Positions 9,598-18,500 of a DNA stretch of 64,000 nt are shown here, piece after piece. Location: the NCBI GenBank assembly GCA_035063585.1, contig JAPSGB010000003.1, positions 320,001 to 384,000 of the forward strand, read 5' to 3'. This DNA is from Polyangiaceae bacterium (GTDB lineage Bacteria > Myxococcota_A > Polyangia > Polyangiales > Polyangiaceae). The position numbers were made by a program, and so were the translations under genes. Position 1 is the stretch's first letter, and each line of letters opens with the position of its first letter. The notes under the pieces are model-generated. The model was given only the letters and a program-made list of their open reading frames with translations. It did not search any database and was not told the DNA's origin.

Positions 9598-9862
9598 GCC
9601 GCGATCGAATACGATCGGCAAGTTCGTCCGAATCAGAACTCGAGGCTCGAGACCACTCTGCTGATGACCGCGGCACACGTACTTTCCGGTGCCTACGATG
9701 CGGTCATTCACGTGTTCGTCTTCCACGACGCTCATTCGCGCGGCGCCAACACGTACGACGTGGAGAGCGCCGTGGGCCGCGTCGAGCACCGGTACACCCG
9801 AACCTTGCTCGAGGCCCTGGAGAAGCAGGGCGTGCTTCTTGCGCCGGTGTTCGGCCGGGGCG
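9598..9862 (+). pseudogene. Possible truncated gene remnant (AAIEYDR...; possibly the C-terminal half of a nuclease-like protein)
   Basis: Protein-like reading frame following an in-frame TAG at 9595, with no own start signal, running into the convergent NERD gene; less GC-biased than its neighbours. Confidence 0.3.
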
Positions 9863-11488
9863 TTAGAGCGCGTCAACATACGAGCCCAACCGCACGTCCG
9901 CTGCGATCGCGCGCTCCGTCGCTACCACGACGGAGCCCACCGTCGCGCGCGTCAGCGCCACGTGCATCCTCACGTCGTACCGGCTCTTCCCGCGTTCAAG
10001 CTCCGTCACGATGACCCACGGCCGTTCGAGCCCCTTGAAGCGCAGGAACGTGTCCGCGACGACGTTCTCTGTCGCGCGCGGGTCGTCGGCGCGCACGACC
10101 GACACGGCGCCGATGCGGTCGCCGGCGCAGATGGCCGTGCGATCGCGGCCCGCGAGCGACAGCACGGCGATGTCCGCTGGGCGCACGCCGTCGTCGAGGG
10201 CGCGCTTCACCGCGGCGGCGACCGCGGCTTCGAGCTCCGACTCGTCCGCGACGCTCGCGATCGTGAGCTCAGCGATCGCATTCGCATCGCGTGCCTCGGC
10301 GCCTTCACGATACTGGTCCGCGAAGCGCGCGAGCGCCTCGGGGCAGCGGTAGCGCGCCGTGAGCTTGAACGAGGCCGGAAAGAGCTCGCGCGGAAATGGT
10401 CGGTCGCTCCAGAACGTCTGGCCGTCGTCCATGAACGCCCAGAGCGGTCGATCCGCCGCGAGGGCGCGCACGAACGTCCAGTCCGCTTCGGCGAGATCCT
10501 GCGCCTCGTCCACGATCACCGCATCGACGCGGTTCCGCGCCGGACCGACAATCGAAGTCTCCGAAGCTCGCTCCGGGATGCCGTCCCACGTCTCGGCGGT
10601 CCAGCTCGTACGCGGAGCAGGATCACCAGAGCCGGCCAGGTCGAGGAGATCGGCGGCGAGCTCCCGCACGGTCCATGCGTTGGCGAAACCGTCGCTGCGG
10701 AGCGCCGCTGCGAGCGCGCTGGTGTAGCAGAGCAGTACCGCACGACGGTTGCGCGCGGCGAAGCGCGCGCACAGGTCGCGTGCGAGCAGCGTCTTGCCGG
10801 TGCCGGGGCCGCCGGTGACGAGCAGGCGATCGTTGGTCTCGACGCAGTCCAGGAGCGCGACCTGGTCGGCGTCGAGCGGGACGAGCTCGTCCGCGCGCAG
10901 GCGCACGCGATCGCCGAGCGCGAGGCGCGGCGTCCACGTGTCGCCCCACATCGCGTGGAGCGCGTCGACCCACGGCGCGTCGGGTGGCGCGCGTTTGCCC
11001 GCGAGCAGGCGGTCCGCCATCTCGCGCAGCGCCTCGCCGATGTACGGCAGATCCTGCTGGCCGATGACGGCGCCGTCGAGATCGCCGTGCGTCGGCGGGG
11101 CGCTGAACGGCGTGTCGGGGAACGCGACCGCGACCGCGAGGTACGGAGCGCGCGGGATCCCGCGTTCGCCGAGCTTCTTCAAGAGCGTCTTCTGGAAGCC
11201 GAGCGCCTGCGTGCGTGGCGGCTTGTCGAGCTGCTTGCCGTTCTGCAGCCACTGGCCGTCGCGCACCTCGATCGCCCCGCCCTTGACCTCGAGGAGGACG
11301 ACGCCCCGATCGGGGATCGCGATGACGAAGTCGCCTTCGCCCTCGAACCCGCGACCCGTGCGGACGCGCAGCGAGTGCCACGCCGTCCAGCCGTCGGGAA
11401 GGCCGCGCGCGATGGCTTCGTGGAGCTTCTGCTCGGCGCGGCTCGTGGTGGGGCGCGGCCCGCCGCGGGGGAAGAGGCCGGTGGGCAC
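9863..11488 (-). CDS. NERD-domain nuclease fused to SF1 (UvrD-like) helicase/ATPase
   Basis: NERD/PD-(D/E)xK motif EGDFVI...LLEVKGG; Walker A GGPGTGKT; Walker B IVDEAQD; C-terminal FKGLE and VALTRA motifs. Confidence 0.88.
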   Translation of the reverse strand: MPTGLFPRGGPRPTTSRAEQKLHEAIARGLPDGWTAWHSLRVRTGRGFEGEGDFVIAIPDRGVVLLEVKGGAIEVRDGQWLQNGKQLDKPPRTQALGFQKTLLKKLGERGIPRAPYLAVAVAFPDTPFSAPPTHGDLDGAVIGQQDLPYIGEALREMADRLLAGKRAPPDAPWVDALHAMWGDTWTPRLALGDRVRLRADELVPLDADQVALLDCVETNDRLLVTGGPGTGKTLLARDLCARFAARNRRAVLLCYTSALAAALRSDGFANAWTVRELAADLLDLAGSGDPAPRTSWTAETWDGIPERASETSIVGPARNRVDAVIVDEAQDLAEADWTFVRALAADRPLWAFMDDGQTFWSDRPFPRELFPASFKLTARYRCPEALARFADQYREGAEARDANAIAELTIASVADESELEAAVAAAVKRALDDGVRPADIAVLSLAGRDRTAICAGDRIGAVSVVRADDPRATENVVADTFLRFKGLERPWVIVTELERGKSRYDVRMHVALTRATVGSVVVATERAIAADVRLGSYVDAL

Positions 11489-11500
11489 GGTGGGAGACTA

Positions 11501-12574
11501 TCACTTCGGGCCTTGGCGCTTGCGGCGTCGTTGCTCCTGGCGCTGTCGCCATTCGGCGAGCGCGGCGTCGTACCAGGCGAACACCGCACGCTTGGTCTCG
11601 GGCGACACGGGCGCGTTCCGCACGCCCCTGAGCTGGACGAGGCGCGGCCGGTTGCCGGTCGGCTCGAGCTCCAGCGTAGCGCGCTCGGGGGCCAGCACGC
11701 GATAGAGGTACGCCTGCCCCGTTCGTGCGTCGTGGTGGTAGGCCTCGCAGCAGTGTTGCATCACGCGGCCCTCGTGGGCGAGCAGCGCGGCCGTCCGGAG
11801 CGGGACGATCTCCTTCGTCCCGCGCAGCGGGGGAGGCGGGTGTCTCTGGTCGCGCGGAAGCGGCTCGTTCCTCTCGAGAAGCCGATCCGCCAGCTCGTCG
11901 TGCAGTCGGCGCAGGCCTCCGATCCGTTGGAGCGCGCGCAGCTGCGCGTCGATGTCGTCGATCTTCGAGGTGGCCGCCAGCCTGCAGACGTCCTGATGCA
12001 GCTGGAGCACGTCACGCGTCTCCGCCGAGTCGCGCAGCCGCTTACCGGCGAGCTTGCGGGTCGCAGCCACGTAGAACGGGTACTCGAGGAGCTCGCGGTT
12101 ACGGCTCTCGTACTGCTCGCGTATGCGATCGGGCTCTTTGGGCCGTGCCGCACGCTCGCGCAAGGTCCGGAGCTCGGCGCTGGTGAAGCGCGCCACCCGG
12201 TATTCCTTCACCGCCTTCACCGCGGCCTTCGAACCATCGCCCCCGCACCACTCCACCACGTAGCGCCGCTTCCGCTGGAGGATCGCGGCTAGCTCCTCCC
12301 ACGGTGCCTTGCGCTCCGCGGCGACCACGGCCGCGAGCCACAGCAAGTTCTCGCCACCTCCCCGCAGGTCGAGCGCTGCGGGACCGTGCCGGACGAGGCG
12401 GAGCAAGGAGAGTCGTTCGCGGTCCATCCGTCGCACGAGGTCGAGCAGCGCCGCGGGGACCGGTTCGGACCAGCGCGTGACCGGACTCGTCGGCTCGAGG
12501 CCACCCAGCTGGTTGAGAAGCGCCAGCACGGGAGCGTCGTCGAGGGTCGCGGTGCTGTGCCCGACGACGCGCAA
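11501..12574 (-). CDS. PcfJ-like domain protein
   Basis: C-terminal PcfJ signature L..EG..MQHC..Y...RATLEL...QLRG..N; TTG start at 12574 after GGAG. Confidence 0.78.
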   Translation of the reverse strand: MRVVGHSTATLDDAPVLALLNQLGGLEPTSPVTRWSEPVPAALLDLVRRMDRERLSLLRLVRHGPAALDLRGGGENLLWLAAVVAAERKAPWEELAAILQRKRRYVVEWCGGDGSKAAVKAVKEYRVARFTSAELRTLRERAARPKEPDRIREQYESRNRELLEYPFYVAATRKLAGKRLRDSAETRDVLQLHQDVCRLAATSKIDDIDAQLRALQRIGGLRRLHDELADRLLERNEPLPRDQRHPPPPLRGTKEIVPLRTAALLAHEGRVMQHCCEAYHHDARTGQAYLYRVLAPERATLELEPTGNRPRLVQLRGVRNAPVSPETKRAVFAWYDAALAEWRQRQEQRRRKRQGPK

Positions 12575-12814
12575 TCGCTCTCCACCGCGGCGTCGAGCTG
12601 GGGTCCAAGGACGCCGAAGGCGTCGCGCGTAGCGCGCTCGCCCTGGACGCCGGCGAGCGACGCGGTACCGGGCACTACGCGCGATGACTACCCCATTTCC
12701 CGCGTCCGCAAGTGTCTTGCCAAGACCGGGACAGTGCAGGGTCCGTGCCGCCCGGCATGGCTTGACAACGTCGCTCGCGACCGCGCACGCTCGATCACGA
12801 CGTCGGAGGGGGCC

Positions 12815-14270
12815 ATGCCTGAACGCACGCACGCACGCACGCGAGCTGTCGCTGGGGGTCATAGCGGTGGTCGTGGGGGCGCTCCTCGCGTGTGACGGCG
12901 GGCGCGGTGAACGTCGCTCGGTGACGCCGCCGGACGCGCCAGCGCGGTCCGCGTCGCCAGCGGTACGAGGCCGCCAGGCGCTCGGTGTCTACGACGCGAC
13001 GCCCGCGGGTTCGCGCGCGCTCTCCGGACCGACGCGTGCCGTGGTGCGCGCGAGGTTCGGTGCAAGCGCCGCGCTCTTGGGTCCACCCGTGCTTGGTCCG
13101 CACGGCGAGCTCATCGCCGGGAGCGCAGCAGGCCGCGCCGTCGTGCTCCTCGAAAGGGCGAGCCACACCGGCGCGCCACGAGCACCACGGCTCGGCCCGG
13201 ACGCCCGCTCGCCAGCGGTACTCGGCGACGGCACGATCCTGTGGGCGACCTCGCACGAGCTGGTCGCGCTGCGCGAAGAGCGCGTGCTGTGGACGCTCGC
13301 GGCGACCGCTCCCATCACCACCCCGCCGGTGGTGCTGGGCAGCGGCGGCGTCGCGGTGGGAGACCGAGCGGGCGGAGTCCTGGCCGTGGACAGGGCGGGC
13401 GCGGTGCTCTGGCGAGCGACGCTGCACGAAGCGATCACGGGGATCGCGCCGGCGCTCCTCGGCCGGTGGGTGATCATCACGACCCACGAGGGAAAGGTCG
13501 AAATGCTCGACGCTCGGCGCGGCACCGCGCGCTGGTCGCGGCGCCTGGGTGCCGAGAGCGCCGCGGCACCGATCGTCGCCGCGAGCGGCGCGATCTGGGT
13601 CGGCGCGGCCGATGGCCTGCACGCCTACTCGTTCGAGGGCGTGGAGCGCCCGGTCGCGCGGATCGGCGAGGTGGCGGCCTCCCCGGCGCTCGGGCGCCAC
13701 GGCAGCGCGATCGCCGTGGCGGGAGCGGCGCTCCATGCGGTGGGGCCCGACGGCGTGATCCGCTGGCGGTTCGAGCTCGGCGCCCGCGCGGCTGCCGCGC
13801 CGGCCACGGACGTGGCGGGGCGCGCGTACGTCGTCACGACGGACCGCCGCGTCCTCGCGATCCGCGACGCGGGGACTCGCGGCGTGCGCCTCTTCGAGGT
13901 CGAGCTCCACGACGCGCCGCTCGGCGCGCCGGTGGTGGGCCCGCGGGGCGCGCTGTACGTGGCCACCGCTCGGGGGGAGGTGCTGGAGCTCGGCGCGCCG
14001 CTGTCCGGGCTCGGTGAAGCGCTCGCGCCGGCGGGGTGCACCTGCGCGGTCGCGAGCTGCACGCCGCTCCTCGATCGGTGCGCGGCTGAGCCGGGCTGCG
14101 CGGCGATCGAGCGCTGCGCGCGCGCGCACCGGTGCCGCGGCGCGGCTTGCCGCCTGCCCGACGCGTGCGCCCCGGTGATCGAGCGATACGGTGGCGTACT
14201 GGGTCAGAGCGCCGTGGTCGCCGCGGGCACGGACCAGTGCGTGCGCCGCGCGTGCCGGAGCTGCACGTGA
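12815..14270 (+). CDS. PQQ-like/BamB-type beta-propeller lipoprotein with Cys-rich C-terminus; ATG is out of frame at an (ACGC)5 tract
   Basis: Propeller repeats (G.V.W, LYVAT); LLAC lipobox. The ATG at 12815 after GGAGGGGG joins the long ORF only if one ACGC unit is removed. Confidence 0.7.
12823..12842 (+). repeat. (ACGC)5 simple sequence repeat in the signal-peptide coding region
   Basis: ga-ACGC-ACGC-ACGC-ACGC-ACGC-gag read directly from the sequence. Confidence 0.9.
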
Positions 14271-14890
14271 CCAGCGCGTGCCGGCGCGCGGCGCTCTTCG
14301 TCGCCGTCGCAGCGGCGGCGTGCGGAGGCATGACGGAGGCCGAGCGCTCGGGCGCGGGCGGCGCGGACGCGAGCGTGGCGGGGCGCGCCGGCGCTGGCGC
14401 GACCGCGGGCACGGGGGGCGGCGCCGCGTCCGGCGGCGCGGGCGCGATGGGCGGTGCGGGCGGCAGTGGCGGGACAGGCGGCGCCGGTGGCGGCGGTGCG
14501 GGCGCGAGCGGCGCAAGCGGCGGTACGGGCGCGAGCGGCGGCACCGGTGGCGGCGACGCGGGCGGCACCTCCGCGTTTGGCGGCGCGGGTGGCGCCGCCA
14601 GCGACGGCGGTCGGCCCACGGGGTATCCGGACGGCGGAGGGCCGGTGTGGGGTACGACTCCTTGCTCCACCAACCCTTACTGGCCGGTGCCATGTCCCAA
14701 TGACGGGTGGTGCTTCGTTGGCCTGGTCCCAGGCTGTGTCGGCTGGAACTTCGGGACCTGTGCGGCGCGGCCGGTCGCGTGCCTCGACGTCTGTCCTGGC
14801 GTCTGCGGCTGCGACGAGAAGTTCTACTGCAACGACTGCCAGGCGAACGCCGCCGGCACCGGCGTCTTGAAGTATGGGCCATGTCCGTGA
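14267..14890 (+). CDS. Gly-rich lipoprotein with C-terminal Cys-rich Kazal-like domain
   Basis: AAAC lipobox, long Gly/Ala linker, VCGCDEKFYCNDCQA resembling the Kazal motif; GTGA overlap with the upstream gene. Confidence 0.7.
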   Translation: MTSACRRAALFVAVAAAACGGMTEAERSGAGGADASVAGRAGAGATAGTGGGAASGGAGAMGGAGGSGGTGGAGGGGAGASGASGGTGASGGTGGGDAGGTSAFGGAGGAASDGGRPTGYPDGGGPVWGTTPCSTNPYWPVPCPNDGWCFVGLVPGCVGWNFGTCAARPVACLDVCPGVCGCDEKFYCNDCQANAAGTGVLKYGPCP

Positions 14891-15061
14891 GCGGGCGAGA
14901 CCGCGCAGGGACCTCGAGTGCGCTCGCTCGCGCCCTTCGCTTGGGCGTGCTCCTGACGGTTGCGACGAGTGGTCAGCACCGATGAGGGGAGGCATGGGGG
15001 GCGGTCCGGCGCGGGACCGCGCCGGGCGTGACCGCGCGCCCCGCGCGCCCCGCCCGCTCGC

Positions 15062-15262
15062 TCAGTGTTGCGCGGTGCAGCGCAGGCACGGCGCGGGCTC
15101 GCCCGGCGCGCACTCCGCCTCGCCGCACACTCCGATGACGCCGTCGCGGAGCTGGCACCGCTCGTAGAGCTTCTCGCAGCGGGAGGGCGGCGCCGGGTGC
15201 TTTCCCTTCTCGCAGGCGGACACGGAGAACGCGAGAGCCAGCGCGAGGAGGAGATCTTTCAT
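15062..15262 (-). CDS. Small Cys-rich lipoprotein (66 aa)
   Basis: MKDLLLALALAFSVSAC lipoprotein signal; six further Cys. Confidence 0.7.
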   Translation of the reverse strand: MKDLLLALALAFSVSACEKGKHPAPPSRCEKLYERCQLRDGVIGVCGEAECAPGEPAPCLRCTAQH

Positions 15263-15521
15263 GACGCGGGGTCGTATGAGAGCTCTGGAGCGCGTCGACG
15301 AAGACTGCGGGTTCGCGCCGGACCGACCATCCAGGCTACCATTCGTTTGCGGAGGAGCGAAGCTTCGTCGGCAGCGCGCGCTCCGCCAGCGCGGCTACCA
15401 CGAGGCGAGGGTGTCGATTTGCTCGGTCGAATTGCGGCTCGAGCGGGCTCGGATTTACGCCGCGAAGTCCAAGCAGTACGGAACTTCCGAGGTCGAAGGG
15501 GGTCGTTAGGGCGTGGAACCG

Positions 15522-18500
15522 ATGAAGATCGCAAAGTCAGGGCTCTTCTGCTTGCTTCTCGTGGTGCTCGCCGCGTGCGGTGCGAAGGAGCGCCCGCTCG
15601 CGCCGCGAACTCAGACCTGGGCCGAGCTCCGCGTGGTAAGGAGCGGGGTTCGCGTCACGCCGCCGGGAGACGCCGAGCGCGAGCCGTACCTGCGCGAGCG
15701 GCTGGTAGACGGCGAGCGCGTGCGCCTCGAGCAGGGCGCGCTCGCGTGGGTCCGCCGTGACGGCGGCGCGACGCTGCTGGTGAGCGGCCCGGCGAGCCTC
15801 ACCCTCTACTCGGATTCGCTCGAGGTCGAGTCGGGGCGCGTGTTCGTCGACGCGCCCGGCAAGACCGCGCTCGTGACGCCGAGCGGCGCGCTGCGGCTGT
15901 CGAAGGTGCGCGCGAGCATCGAGGTCGCGGCCGGTGGGAAGACGAGCGCGTACGTCCTCACCGGTGAGGTCCGCGCGGGCGACGAGACGCGCGCGCGCGC
16001 CGGTGAGCGGCTCACGCTCGCGAAGGGCGCCGCGAGCGCGGTCGCGCCCGAGCTCGTGTGGAACGACTGGACCGGCGGGCTCGCCACCACCGATCGCGTG
16101 GCCGCGCCCGCTCCGTTCGGGGTGGGCACGGTGGGCGCGCGGCCGCCGGGCAGCACCGGAGCCGCGCGCGCGCCGCTCGCCATTCAGCGTCTCGACGTGC
16201 GGGTCACCATCGACGGCGATTTCGCGCTCACGGAGGTCGATCAGCGCTTCTTCAATTCGAGCTCCCAGACCGTCGAGGGTGTCTATCGGTTCCGGACGCC
16301 CACGCGGGCGAGCCTCGCGCGCTTCGGCGTCGACCGTGACGGCACGCTCACCTGGGGCCGCATCAAGGAGAAGGAGGCGGCCGCCGCGCAGTATCAGTCG
16401 AACGTGTACGCCGGCTCGACCGAGGATCCGGCGCTCCTCGAGTGGCAGGCGCCCGGCGAGTACGCCGCGCGCCTCTATCCCATCGGGCCCGGCGAGACGC
16501 GCCGGGTGGTCGTGCGCTACACCGAGTGGCTCGGCCGGACCGGCCCGAAGGGCGAGCGGCGCGAGTACCTCTACCCGATGGCCGCGGAGGGAGCCGAGGA
16601 GTCCCTGCCGCACATCGAGGAGCTCACCGCGACCATCGACGTGAGCCGCGCGCGCGCTCGGGAGATCCGCGCGGGCATGGCGGGAGTCCGCAAGGGAAAC
16701 CTCGTCATCGTGCGCGAGCAGGACTTCGTGCCGCGCGCCGATCTGGCGGTCGAGCTCTTCGACGATGGCCAGGCGAACCCGGTCGCGTATCGCGCTCGGC
16801 ACTCGTCCGACCTCGCCGTGCTCGCTCCGGAAGATCGCTCGCGCGCCGGCGCGAGCGCGCTCACCGAGGCGGACTACGTGCTCGTGCCGGTGCGTGCCCG
16901 CGACGTGCCGCTGCCGAAGGGCGGGCTCGACTTGGCGATCGTGGTGGACGCCTCCGCCGCGAACGAGCCGGCGGCGATGGCGCTCGCGCGCACCGCGACC
17001 GCGTCGCTGCTCGATCACCTGTCGAAGGACGATCGGGTCGTGGTGTGGGCGGGCGCGGACGACCTGCGGCCGGTGGCGCCGGGGCTCGACCGGCTCGCCG
17101 CGCTCGACTCGGCGGGCAAGCACACCGTGCTCACCTCGCTCGCCACCCTCCAGCGCGGCGGCGCGACCGACCTCGGCGCGATGCTCGCTCGCGCGGAAAG
17201 CTCGCTCGATCCGGCTCGGCGCGGCGCGGTCGTCTACCTCGGCGACGGACGCGCCACGGTGGGAGAGCTCTCGCTCGCCGCGCTGAAGAGCCGCCTCGCG
17301 AAGCTCGCGCATCCGGTGCGCCTCTTCGCGCTCGGCATCGGCGCCAGCCCCGACATGGGGGTCCTCTCCGGGTTGGTCGCGGGCGGGTTCGCCGAGCGGG
17401 TCGACAGCGGCTACGACGCAGCCGAGACCTCGCTCCGGCTGTTCGAGGTCGCCGAGCGCCCCGCGCTCCTCGCCACGTCGATCGAGCTCGGGCCGCGCGT
17501 CGAGCGCGTGTATCCTCGTGATCCCGACACGCTCCTCACCGACGAGACGGTGCTGGTGATCGGGCGAGTGAAGGGCGCGATGCCGGAGAGCGTGGCGCTC
17601 GGCGGAGCCGCCGGGAAGCGGTCGCTCCCGCTCGCGCGCGCCGATCTCGACGACCAGGGTGATCTCCGGCGACGCTGGGCTGGCGCGCGACTCGACGAGC
17701 TCATCGCGAGCGGAGCCGGGCGCGCGGCGCTGGTCGACCTCGGCGCGCGCTACGGGATCGTGACGCCGGTCACCTCGTTCTACGTCCCCACCCGGGAGGA
17801 GCGCCTGGCGGAGGACGAGGCGCGCCGCGCGCGCGAGCTCGCGCGCGAGCGGACCGAGCTCGAGGAGGGTGAGGCGGCCGCCTCGGCGGCGGAGGACTCG
17901 AAGGAGGGCGGCACCGGCACCCGAGCCAAGGGCGAGGAGGGCTCGATGGGCAAGCTGGGCTCGTCGAGCCGCCGCTACGCGGTGGCGGGGCCGAAGGACG
18001 ACGGGGACCGCGAAGCCGCGCAAGATTTTGGGATCATCGGCCTGCTCAATTCCGGCGCAGGCGCTGCGGCTCCCCCTGCCCAGGCCGTGGCGGCGGCGCC
18101 CGCGGCGGCGCCGTCGCCCGCGGCGGCGCCGACCGCGCCGCCCCCCGCCGCCGAGGTCGCGGCCTCGCCGGAGGGCTCTCCGGCGAAGGCAGGCGGAGCC
18201 TTCGGTAACGACCTCGCCGGCGCCACGGGCGCGGGTGGGCTCCAGCTCTCGGGGATGGGGGAGGGTGGTGGGGGCCGCGGCGACGGCATCGGTCTCGGTC
18301 GTATCGGGGCCATCGGGCACGGCGGAGGCACCGGCGCGGGGCAGGGCTTCGGCTCTGGAGGAGGCTCGCTCGCCGGGACGCACGCGGCGCCGGCGCCGAA
18401 GCTGGAGGCGCTGTCGCCCACCGTGACCGGCGGGCTGCCGCCCGCGGTAGTGGCGCGGATCGTGCGCCAGAACTTCGGCAGGTTCCGCGCCTGCTACGAG

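Noticed and set aside
15261..15509. 82-aa plus-strand ORF upstream of the giant vWA gene
   Set aside because: Atypical codon usage and no motif; more likely the divergent promoter region
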